This document shows, in pieces, positions 9,719-17,862 of a stretch of 22,891 nt of DNA. Location of the stretch: the NCBI GenBank assembly GCA_015522145.1, contig WAMV01000005.1, positions 1 to 22,891 of the forward strand, in the 5' to 3' direction. Source of the DNA: Candidatus Aenigmatarchaeota archaeon. GTDB taxonomy: Archaea > Aenigmatarchaeota > Aenigmatarchaeia > CG10238-14 > WAMV01. The translations under genes and the position numbers were made by a program. The notes beneath the pieces were generated by a model, which saw nothing but the letters and a program-made list of their open reading frames with translations, searched no databases and was not told the DNA's origin. Every line of letters starts with the position of its first letter. The stretch's first letter is position 1.

Positions 9719-10522
9719 ATGAGTATTGAAGAATTGTATATCGTGAACCATTTGTTGAATATAAAATATTTAGAAGATTTGGCCTTGAAAAATAAAGTAC
9801 ATATGAGTTTAATACCACAAGAAGATGATTATTCTATACACTTAGAGAAAAAATTAAACAAAAACTTGAAAAAAATAAAAGAACAACAAGTTTCTGTAAA
9901 AGAAAGGTTTGGAAAGAGTTATAGACCAGAACAAACATCTCACCAAGAATTGAATGCTTATCTACAGCTGTCTACACCTCTAGAAAACATTAATGTAAGG
10001 GATTTAACTAAAATGAGTTTATTATCGTGTTATGTTGCTCAAAGGCTTTATGATGCTATATATCATTATTTGTTTGGAAATTTAGATTTTCAAGAGTATA
10101 GAAGAAATAGAGAAGAAGCGTATGCTCAATTTCAGGAAAATGTTAAGAAAAATCAAATCAACGAAAATTATTTAGACTCATTAACACATTATATAAAAAA
10201 TTCTCTAGAAGAGTTAGATAGAAATTTTGGTCTTGAAGGATTAAATATAGAAATACTTGCTAAACGACTTGCCAAAAATGCTATAGAGTATAGTATTTTA
10301 ATGAAGTGGTCCATACCAAAAACCTTAGAAAGTAAAAGAAACGATGCTCTACATTTTTATACAGATGGGGGTTTGGCTACATATGTTGAAAAACTCAATT
10401 GGCTTCTGGATAAACATTTACCATCAGAAGAAGAAATAATAAAAATATATAAACATTCTCACAACAACAAAGGATTTTTATGTAGGGTTTATTTCGTTTA
10501 TAATTTACTTAGAACAATTTAG
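9719..10522 (+). CDS. Hypothetical helical protein with HEPN-like RxxxxH motif
   Basis: Long AT-rich ORF; ATG 9719 lies ~25 nt after TTTAAA; RNDALH encoded at 10337-10354. Confidence 0.6.
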   Translation: MSIEELYIVNHLLNIKYLEDLALKNKVHMSLIPQEDDYSIHLEKKLNKNLKKIKEQQVSVKERFGKSYRPEQTSHQELNAYLQLSTPLENINVRDLTKMSLLSCYVAQRLYDAIYHYLFGNLDFQEYRRNREEAYAQFQENVKKNQINENYLDSLTHYIKNSLEELDRNFGLEGLNIEILAKRLAKNAIEYSILMKWSIPKTLESKRNDALHFYTDGGLATYVEKLNWLLDKHLPSEEEIIKIYKHSHNNKGFLCRVYFVYNLLRTI

Positions 10523-11067
10523 ATTTCTATTTTTTTACTTTTGTGGTATATAGGAACATAAAATGGATTTTTATCATTTGATCTATTTTGATAGATTGTT
10601 ATATGTATTTTAAACCCACTTTTATATGAAACAATTATTTGAGGTTGAACACCATCCTTATTTTTATAATCTCCTAGTGTGTTTTTTATAAATAATTCTA
10701 TTTTTTCAAAATTTTGTAGTAAATATTCAGCTTGCTCTTTAGTTAAGGAAGTTATATCAATAGGTAGAATACTGAAATCTTGATTGTATTTTAAAGATTC
10801 TAAAGTTTTTTCTATCTTATTATAAAGTTGTTTTATTGGGTCTAATTCGTATCGTGCTTGGTGTTCTAACCTGTATAATTCATTTTCTAAGTTAGCTAAC
10901 TTTTTTTCTACTCTTGGATCCTTTGAGTTTAATTTGTTTGCCTGCTCTACTAATTTTTCTAATTTTCTTTTAATATTCTCTGATAGTATGTTTCTGTGTT
11001 TGTTTAATTCTATAATTTTGTGTTGTATTGCTTGAATGCGTCTATACCTATGGGCTAGTGGTTTCAT
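10519..11067 (-). CDS. Hypothetical protein, N-terminal coiled coil
   Basis: 182-aa ORF with heptad-like K/E/L-rich N-terminal half; no family recognised. Confidence 0.6.
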   Translation of the reverse strand: MKPLAHRYRRIQAIQHKIIELNKHRNILSENIKRKLEKLVEQANKLNSKDPRVEKKLANLENELYRLEHQARYELDPIKQLYNKIEKTLESLKYNQDFSILPIDITSLTKEQAEYLLQNFEKIELFIKNTLGDYKNKDGVQPQIIVSYKSGFKIHITIYQNRSNDKNPFYVPIYHKSKKIEI

Positions 11068-11131
11068 ATATAAAATAATTTTATCTTCAAGTATATTTAT
11101 TCATTAGTAAAAATATAACAGCAGTTTTTAA

Positions 11132-11647
11132 TTAACGTTCATACAAACTTCTAAAAAGCGGAATAAAAGTATCCAGATCATGAATTTCTAGTCTCCCTTC
11201 AGTTTCTTGATATATATACCCATACACTTCTGGATCGTTCAATACTTTATCATGGGTAAGATAAAGTATCTTAACATTTTTTTGCATAACATAAACTATA
11301 AGAGAAGCTATAGTAGCTAAGTCCATTTTATCATCTATCTCAAGAAAATTTTCTTTTAATTTTTTCTGATATAATTTGCTAAGCTCTTTTAAGTACTTGT
11401 TCTTCTCTTCTCTGGGTATATATTCTAAATCTAATTCTGGTAGGTAGATTTTATTGTTTGTCAAATTTAAGTATTCCAATCTATTAAGAGGTGTTATAAA
11501 AACTTTGTTTTGTTTGAATAATTGTGTGGTAATCTTTTTTAGTTTTTTTCTATCTTCTTTATTAATTCTATTTTTTGCTTTTGACTTATCAAAAATATCA
11601 ATTACTATATTGGTATCATACACAACCAAACTATAGCCATTATACAT
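11132..11647 (-). CDS. PIN domain ribonuclease (VapC-like)
   Basis: VVYDTNIV, ITPLNRLEY, DKMDLATIA and YLTHDKVL supply the four acidic PIN residues. Confidence 0.8.
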   Translation of the reverse strand: MYNGYSLVVYDTNIVIDIFDKSKAKNRINKEDRKKLKKITTQLFKQNKVFITPLNRLEYLNLTNNKIYLPELDLEYIPREEKNKYLKELSKLYQKKLKENFLEIDDKMDLATIASLIVYVMQKNVKILYLTHDKVLNDPEVYGYIYQETEGRLEIHDLDTFIPLFRSLYER

Positions 11648-11652
11648 CCTCT

Positions 11653-11814
11653 CTAAACCAACATTCTAAACAAAAATTCTAGTATCACTAAAACTATGGA
11701 GAGCCATAAAACTTGTTTTGGCTTGATTTTAAATTTCATATCCTCTTCTTCAGGAAACCTAATAAGGCCACCAAAGCTCATTGGCATTACTACTCTTCTT
11801 TGCCTTCTAACCAT
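11653..11814 (-). CDS. secG: Preprotein translocase subunit Sec61beta (53 aa, absent from ORF track)
   Basis: MVRRQRRVVMPMSFGGLIRFPEEEDMKFKIKPKQVLWLSIVLVILEFLFRMLV*: GLIRF..E...KI.P motif followed by a single TM helix. Confidence 0.9.
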   Translation of the reverse strand: MVRRQRRVVMPMSFGGLIRFPEEEDMKFKIKPKQVLWLSIVLVILEFLFRMLV

Positions 11815-11850
11815 AAAAGAAGGTTAAGAATGAAATAATTTATTTGTTTT

Positions 11851-12113
11851 GGGGGTGTGTTGGTTGTAGCCCCCCTTCTGTTTGGGTAGCATTCGTCTGA
11901 GCGGCTTACGCCTTGCGCCTCATCGAGGTCTAGGGGCCGTTTCACCTTGCTGCGTATCATAGCTCATATCTAATCCTTGCTCAAGCACAGCAAGTATCGT
12001 TTCTGATCCCCCAGCTGCGCTTTCGCGCAGCTACTTTCGTAGCCCTCTCAGCGGGGGGAGCTTCCTCAGCCTTGCGTTGAAGCAAGGCCGAAGCTACCCA
12101 ACCAACCCACCCC
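11851..12113 (-). ncRNA. rnpB: RNase P RNA (reduced, type M-like)
   Basis: Minus strand shows P1 GGGGUGGGUUGGUU/AACCAACACACCCC, P2 GGGUAGC/GCUACCC, CR-I GAGGAAGCUCCCCCC, CAGAAAC, UGAAAC, GCAAG and CR-V AACAGAAGGGGGGCU. Confidence 0.96.
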
Positions 12114-12135
12114 GTATATTTTGTTTTATTAGGTT

Positions 12136-12143
12136 TATTTAAA
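12136..12143 (-). promoter_or_regulatory. TATA box of rnpB
   Basis: TTTAAATA on minus strand ending ~23 nt upstream of the P1 5' end. Confidence 0.65.
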
Positions 12144-12146
12144 ATT

Positions 12147-14900
12147 TTAAACCTTCCAGAATTTTCTGGCCTTGATATTTTCTATTTCTTTTTGAAGAAG
12201 TGTTTTATAGAATTCATTCTCATCTCTATAGAATTGATTTAATATTCGCACGGCCGTAACAGGTCCAACATTTTTAGCAGCTAAAACCAAACAGGCTTTT
12301 TTACCATAGTTCAAAAATAACTCAGCGGATTTTTTGATGTGTTCCCATATTTTCATTTCTTCTTCCTTCAGTTTTTTCCTCTTGGAAACTTTTTTAAATA
12401 TTCTGTAAGCTTTACCATTCCTTTTCAGACAAGCTAAAAGAAGAGAGCCACAGTTACCACATCTTAAATGAGTAGGTATCTCTTTAACCAAGTAAGTTCT
12501 CTCCCACATAAGGCAGTTGATGCAAACTAGAGTTATTTCACTTTCCAACAACCTTTTCTTAAAAACTTCTAGTATTTGAGAGGTTATTTCTGAAGGAATG
12601 GTAATGTCGAACTTCATTGTTTGTTCAGCCAATTTAGTTAAAGGTGAACACTTGCTAGAGATAGTTATTTTAATTTCACCTGATTTTATTCGTTTAAGCA
12701 CCTTTTCAGCTTGCTCTATATCCATTTTTTCTGTTTCAATTTCTCGTATAGTTTCTTTGTATACTGGAGTACCTCTGTACTCCTCTATTAATTTTCTTAG
12801 CATGGGTTTGGTTAGCTGAGATGTTTGTTGTATTAAACCAAATCTTTTAGCAACATGTAGAAACCTCCAGGAGAATAAATTAGTGTTTTCCAGGCTTAGC
12901 TGAATGTAATATTTTAAATGTTCTGGGTTTATGTTGAAAGCTTCTATAATATCTTGTTCATTGATTTTAGGATTTCTTACGAAAATTCTATAAGCATCGT
13001 GCTTTACCTCTACAGTTCCGAATTTTGCAGAAAGGAAAGAAGATATAAATTTGGCTAGGGTTTCATTAACCAAACTTCCGAAACAACAATTGATTACGTA
13101 ACCGTCTTCCAGCTTTTCTATAACAATTTGATCATCATAGCCGGTTGCGTAGCTTTTTTGTTTTTTGAAAAATTGGTTAACCTGTCTTATGGCTTCTTCA
13201 TCCATTCTATATTCTTTAGTTAAAATGTCTTGATTCGCTTTATCGCTTGCCAACATTTTTCTTAATTTGCCTACTTCTTGGGCCACGAAATAAGGTACTG
13301 GTATTAATTCTCCTTCCCAGCTAGGCACAGCTTCAGCTACAAAACTTGGTTCAACCAAAACTTTATTCTCTTCTACACTAACCACTCTGTAAGCTTCCCC
13401 ATTTAATATAAAACTGTTTCCCTCCTCACAATGTAATCTAACAAATTCTTCATCAAGGTTGCCTACATAGGTGTTATCAATAATATTATAGACTTTGTAC
13501 TGTTTTGTATCGGGAATGGTGCTTAGATTTGAGAAATAATAATCAAATATTCTAGAGCCTTTCGCAAGCTTGCCTTCGGTTATTCTAATTATTCTTAATG
13601 ACTCCAGTTCTTTACACACAGCATAAAAATCATCAAAGCTCAAATTTCTGTAAGGCCAAACACTTCTAACCCTTTCATACAGTTTTGTTACTTCAACTTG
13701 ATTCAAATCTAGAACAAATCCCGCTATTTGATGAGCAAGGACATCTAAAGCGTTTTCATGGATTCTTAACTTTTCTAGCTTATTCTTAATTGCAAATTTG
13801 GCTATAGCTGAGCTTTCTAGTACATCTTCTATGTCACCACATATAATAATGCCCCTGCTGACATCAGTAACTTTATGACCGCTTCTTCCAATTCGTTGTA
13901 TGAGTTGAGTAACCTGTCTAGGTGAGAGGTATTGTATTACTAAATCTACAGTACCTATGTCTATACCTAATTGTAGGCTTGACGTAGCGATAAGAGCTTT
14001 TAGCTTACCTTTCTTAAAATCCTGTTCATTTTTTATTCTTACCTCTTTGCTTAAGCTACTGTGGTGTATGCCTATGCTAATATCGCTTACTTCTTTTATC
14101 CTTTTGGCAAGAATTTCCGCAAATTCTCTTGTATTGGTAAATACGATACAAGAATTAGATTTCTCAATCAATTCTAAAACTTTTCTTAATCTGGCTGCTG
14201 CATCCTTAGTTATCATAAGTTTTGCAGCTATTTCAGTATCTTTGGTTGTGGGTTTTGGGTAACTAACAATAATTTCTTTTTTCTTCACAATTTTGCTTCT
14301 TTTTATTATAGCTTTTGTATTGAAGAATTTGACTATTTTTTCTGGTTCTCCAACAGTTGCCGACAACATAACCGTTTGAAAATCACCAGCTAATAACCTA
14401 AGTCTTTGCAAAGCCAGTGCTAGCTGTACTCCTCTCTTAGAATCAACTATCTCATGAACTTCATCTAAAACCACAACTTTTACATTTTTTAGGTGTTCCC
14501 TCAGCTTTTTACCTGTCAGTAAGGGCTGTAAAGTTTCTAAGGTTATAACGAACATATCTCCAGGAAACTCACTTTGTAATTTTCTTATATGGGCAGAGGT
14601 ATCGCCATGTCTTAGCACTATTTCTAGCTCTAGCATATTACCAATTTTTGTTAATTTCTCTACCAAATCTCTATTAAGGCTTTTTAATGGTGTTATGTAA
14701 AGTATGCTTATTGGTTTTGGTTTTTCTTCCAACCACCTATCGAAAACGGGTAATAAAGCAGCTAGCGTTTTACCTGTACCCGTTGGAGATATTAATAAAA
14801 CGTCTTTACCCTCGTATATGTCTTGATATGATATTTTTTGTATTTCAGTGAGTTCTTCAAAACCTAGTTTTGAAAGCACTTCTTTGATTTTTTCGTGCAT
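12147..14900 (-). CDS. lhr: Lhr-family ATP-dependent SF2 helicase
   Basis: SPTGTGKT, RHGDT, LDEVH, LSAT, HHSSLS, QRIGRSGH, PSWEGE and a C-terminal CxxC/CxxC. Start placed at ATG 14900 rather than TTG 14939. Confidence 0.93.
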   Translation of the reverse strand: MHEKIKEVLSKLGFEELTEIQKISYQDIYEGKDVLLISPTGTGKTLAALLPVFDRWLEEKPKPISILYITPLKSLNRDLVEKLTKIGNMLELEIVLRHGDTSAHIRKLQSEFPGDMFVITLETLQPLLTGKKLREHLKNVKVVVLDEVHEIVDSKRGVQLALALQRLRLLAGDFQTVMLSATVGEPEKIVKFFNTKAIIKRSKIVKKKEIIVSYPKPTTKDTEIAAKLMITKDAAARLRKVLELIEKSNSCIVFTNTREFAEILAKRIKEVSDISIGIHHSSLSKEVRIKNEQDFKKGKLKALIATSSLQLGIDIGTVDLVIQYLSPRQVTQLIQRIGRSGHKVTDVSRGIIICGDIEDVLESSAIAKFAIKNKLEKLRIHENALDVLAHQIAGFVLDLNQVEVTKLYERVRSVWPYRNLSFDDFYAVCKELESLRIIRITEGKLAKGSRIFDYYFSNLSTIPDTKQYKVYNIIDNTYVGNLDEEFVRLHCEEGNSFILNGEAYRVVSVEENKVLVEPSFVAEAVPSWEGELIPVPYFVAQEVGKLRKMLASDKANQDILTKEYRMDEEAIRQVNQFFKKQKSYATGYDDQIVIEKLEDGYVINCCFGSLVNETLAKFISSFLSAKFGTVEVKHDAYRIFVRNPKINEQDIIEAFNINPEHLKYYIQLSLENTNLFSWRFLHVAKRFGLIQQTSQLTKPMLRKLIEEYRGTPVYKETIREIETEKMDIEQAEKVLKRIKSGEIKITISSKCSPLTKLAEQTMKFDITIPSEITSQILEVFKKRLLESEITLVCINCLMWERTYLVKEIPTHLRCGNCGSLLLACLKRNGKAYRIFKKVSKRKKLKEEEMKIWEHIKKSAELFLNYGKKACLVLAAKNVGPVTAVRILNQFYRDENEFYKTLLQKEIENIKARKFWKV

Positions 14901-14996
14901 AATGGTGATTGGAACTTCTGAAAAATTAAAGTTTCTCAATAAACTACTGATGGTGGTAAATTAAGCAAAATAGCTAGATGAATTTGTTAAAAAATT

Positions 14997-15413
14997 ATGA
15001 AAAGATTAATAGCGCTTCTATTAATAATTCCTATAGCAACGGCAACACAAGTAACTCTTCAAAACGGTAGTGTTAGTGATGTGGGTAATCTAACACTAAC
15101 AACCAACTTTGGTATGATTGTGGGAACTCTCAAGTTCAAGTTAGGACCTTTCTATTGGACACCTAAGGAAATCGTTCTCTTACCTACCAATGTCACCGTG
15201 GATGAGTTTTTCAGTAATGCTAGCATTTATGAATATTTGGAAATTCCAGAAAACGTTACATTCAGTACTTGCAGAACTGTAGTATATTACAATCCGGCCT
15301 ATGGCTATGCTTTCAAAATTTACAACACTCAAACAACTACCCAAATATTAAATAACGGAACATTCTGTGGTTTGGGTTATGAAGGCACTTATAACGTTTT
15401 TGCTTCTTACTAG
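14997..15413 (+). CDS. Secreted/surface hypothetical protein
   Basis: Signal peptide MKRLIALLLIIPIATA; T/N-rich with several NxS/T sequons. Confidence 0.7.
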   Translation: MKRLIALLLIIPIATATQVTLQNGSVSDVGNLTLTTNFGMIVGTLKFKLGPFYWTPKEIVLLPTNVTVDEFFSNASIYEYLEIPENVTFSTCRTVVYYNPAYGYAFKIYNTQTTTQILNNGTFCGLGYEGTYNVFASY

Positions 15414-15552
15414 CCTTTTTCTTTTTTTAATTTTTTTAAACAATCCAGCTTCCATTACGGGTCATTTTTATAAGTCCAGATTCGTTAAAATTGCTACTGT
15501 TAAGATAATTAACGCTCGAGTAATAGTTTTGCATTATTTACCATATTTTTAA
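15379..15552 (+). CDS. Possible small membrane protein (TM + ITG motif)
   Basis: From ATG 15379: MKALITFLLLTSLFLFLIFLNNPASITGHF...; overlaps both neighbours. Confidence 0.3.
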   Translation: MKALITFLLLTSLFLFLIFLNNPASITGHFYKSRFVKIATVKIINARVIVLHYLPYF

Positions 15553-16342
15553 CAGATTTTTCACTTCGCCCAAGAAGTCTTCTCAAAAATTTGAAATCAG
15601 AATAAACCAAATCTTTTATTGTCACAATCCCAACTTCGCTAAGCTTCTCAATTTCCTTTTCATTTAAGCCTTTTAGTATGGTTATGGGCTTTACCTTAAA
15701 CTTCTCTATGTAATACTCTATACCCCTTCCTTCTGGAGAGTTCCAACCCATTATATCTATACCTCTACACTTAGCGTATTTTTTAGCGTGAGCGCTGAAT
15801 TTAGAGTTTGAAACTAAAATCGCTTTATCGAAATATATTCTGTTTTTCTCTTTATAGTAAGCTTCTCTCAGATCTTGAAGAGTCGAGTTTAATTGTAACA
15901 GTACATCCATTCCTATCATTGTGTGGAAAGAAATGTGGTGTTTCACTTCAATTAAATAAATCTTATCATCCTTCTTTGCTATTACATCTATTTCATGTTC
16001 GCTACACAAACCCTCTACTATTCTACCATGCTCTGTTTTATAGCCCATCTCCTGAAATAATCTTTGGACAAAAATTTCAAATCCTGGTTTAGGTGGTAGC
16101 AAGCTTAGTGCCTCTCTTAAATCCATAAATCGCCTTATTTCAGGCATATAGTTAGATAATTGGGTATAAACCAATCTCAACAGTTTTTTAGTTGGTATAC
16201 CGTCGTAGACCTTTTTTTCCACTTCGTTAGCCACTATATTAGCTATTCTGTTAGATGCCCCAAGCTTTAAACATGTTTTTACTATTTTTCTTCTATCAAA
16301 AGGCTGTTTGGTTCCATCAGCTTTTGTGACGTAAATAACCAT
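15509..16342 (-). CDS. ATP-cone + Mrr-like PD-(D/E)xK endonuclease + C-terminal helical domain
   Basis: N-terminal VTKADGTKQPFDRRKI (ATP cone); FEIFV...HEIDVIA...LIEVKH nuclease motif. Confidence 0.88.
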   Translation of the reverse strand: MVIYVTKADGTKQPFDRRKIVKTCLKLGASNRIANIVANEVEKKVYDGIPTKKLLRLVYTQLSNYMPEIRRFMDLREALSLLPPKPGFEIFVQRLFQEMGYKTEHGRIVEGLCSEHEIDVIAKKDDKIYLIEVKHHISFHTMIGMDVLLQLNSTLQDLREAYYKEKNRIYFDKAILVSNSKFSAHAKKYAKCRGIDIMGWNSPEGRGIEYYIEKFKVKPITILKGLNEKEIEKLSEVGIVTIKDLVYSDFKFLRRLLGRSEKSVKNMVNNAKLLLER

Positions 16343-16407
16343 AATAATAGATTGATTTTTAAAGTTTATTAAACATTAATGATTAACTTTAGATGTTAAC
16401 AGTAAAC

Positions 16408-16415
16408 TTTAAATA
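16408..16415 (+). promoter_or_regulatory. TATA box for the unknown ncRNA
   Basis: TTTAAATA ~25 nt upstream of 16441; same octamer and similar spacing as at rnpB and the tRNA. Confidence 0.6.
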
Positions 16416-16440
16416 TAGCTAAAATCAAAATTTAATATTG

Positions 16441-16674
16441 TTGGGCATATGGGTAGGATAATCCCATCGAACAATGATGGGATTATCTGGCCATTATAGG
16501 CTCTGGTGCCGGTCCAGGCTAATATGGTGAATGGGCAACCCTCCGAAAGGAGGGTAAATCACCATATTAGCTCCCGGGGCACCACCCTATAATGGTCGAG
16601 GGGTCTGTAAGTAGCGGTGTGGACCGGGCACTTCCGGGTCACTTGCTACGATCAGGCCTCTCTACCCAGCCCAA
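16441..16674 (+). ncRNA. Unidentified highly structured ncRNA (four-way junction)
   Basis: GC-rich island between genes. Terminal helix 16441-56/16662-74 and three arms (16457-87, 16488-598, 16599-661). GAAA tetraloop and G-U wobbles favour the + strand. Confidence 0.8.
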
Positions 16675-16676
16675 AA

Positions 16677-17165
16677 CTATAATTCTTCTTTGATTTTGGA
16701 TTTCAAAGCTTCTTTTTTCATACCAAAATAAGCTTCAAGCTCTTTAGTTAGATAAATAATCTTTGTTCTTCCTTGCTGTTTAGTTTTTATGAGACCTCTC
16801 TCTTCTAATTTTTTTACATAATCATAGACTTTGTTTCCCTGAATCTTAACTAAATCAGACTGTTTGACAGGTTCATTAAGTATTATTAAACCAAGTGTCC
16901 TTGCCATGCCTGGTGATATGTCAGCGTTAGTGGCTATATGCTTTATGTACTCCCTGTATTGTGGCTTAATCCTAATTTCATACCCTAACTTTGTCTCAAC
17001 CAAATCTAAGCTTTTATCCTCTAACTCCTTTTTTAGACTTTGTAAAACAAACAAAGCTTCGTTTTCGTCAGAATTTATAAGCTTAGCTATTTTACTCAAA
17101 CTTATTGGTCTTTCAGATGCAAAAAGTGCTGCCTCGACAACTCTCTTCTTTTCTTCAAAGTTCAT
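16677..17165 (-). CDS. scpB: Segregation and condensation protein B
   Basis: VEAALFASERPIS and RTLGLI...PVKQSDL...LEERGLI...GRTKI motifs; start ATG 17165 (alternative GTG 17183). Confidence 0.92.
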   Translation of the reverse strand: MNFEEKKRVVEAALFASERPISLSKIAKLINSDENEALFVLQSLKKELEDKSLDLVETKLGYEIRIKPQYREYIKHIATNADISPGMARTLGLIILNEPVKQSDLVKIQGNKVYDYVKKLEERGLIKTKQQGRTKIIYLTKELEAYFGMKKEALKSKIKEEL

Positions 17166-17187
17166 AACAAAAATATATTTCACTTCA

Positions 17188-17862
17188 TTATTCTAAAGCT
17201 TTTAGATATATTTCAGCAAATGGTTTTTCTTGCTTGCTCCTTACCTTATCTTTAGCTTCTAAATGAAGCACGGGAACAAAATTATCTACAACAGAATCTC
17301 TTTCCCATCTACCGACAAGCTTAGAAAAGGGTACTTCTTTCATTTCTTGTTCTAGTTTTTTAATTTTTGTAAAAACCTTTTCTATTTTTTGCTCTATGTC
17401 TTCCTCTTCAATTCTAACTTCAATTTCTCTTCTTATGATATCCCTTTCAAAGAATTCTCTAGCTTTCTTCTTTTCCTTTATCTCCATTGCTTTTCTAACA
17501 GCAGAAATGAGCTCCTCTATAGTTATGGGTCTCTTAACCCGTTTTTTAATTGGGTAAGCAACTTCTATTTCTTCTAAAGGAATTTCCAACTCTATTAGCT
17601 CTGCTGCTTTTTCTTCTTTAGGTTGATATAAAAGTTGCTCGGCTTTCATTCTTAGCAATATAGAAGCTACAAATACAATTTTTGCTGGAATTCTAAAATC
17701 TAGCTCTTTAGCCTTTCTCAAAAACTTCAAAAATCCATAAACAAGCTTAGAAATATCAACGTCCCAAGGGTCTATTTTCTCTTCTCCTACAACATAATAA
17801 ATTAATTCTTCCCAACTTTCCTTCTCTATTATTGTTTTTAGTATATTTTCTTCTTTGCTCAT
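17188..17862 (-). CDS. scpA: Segregation and condensation protein A (kleisin)
   Basis: IDPWDVDI, ASILLRMKAE, RPITIEELI and FVPVLHL...Q.KPFAEIY motifs; coupled to smc by ATGA overlap. Confidence 0.93.
   Translation of the reverse strand: MSKEENILKTIIEKESWEELIYYVVGEEKIDPWDVDISKLVYGFLKFLRKAKELDFRIPAKIVFVASILLRMKAEQLLYQPKEEKAAELIELEIPLEEIEVAYPIKKRVKRPITIEELISAVRKAMEIKEKKKAREFFERDIIRREIEVRIEEEDIEQKIEKVFTKIKKLEQEMKEVPFSKLVGRWERDSVVDNFVPVLHLEAKDKVRSKQEKPFAEIYLKALE

Noticed and set aside
11653..11814. Antitoxin upstream of the PIN gene
   Set aside because: The small ORF translates as Sec61beta with a TM helix, not a VapB-type protein.
14901..14996. Possible C/D sRNA (GTGATTG...CTGA...CTGA)
   Set aside because: Degenerate C box, only 6 nt before the first CTGA and no C' box; more simply a divergent promoter region.
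16441..16674. SRP (7S) RNA, 5S rRNA or a second RNase P RNA as identity of the unknown RNA
   Set aside because: No helix-8 CAGG-stem-GNRA-stem-AGCA motif on either strand, no 5S consensus or size, no P4 pseudoknot motifs.
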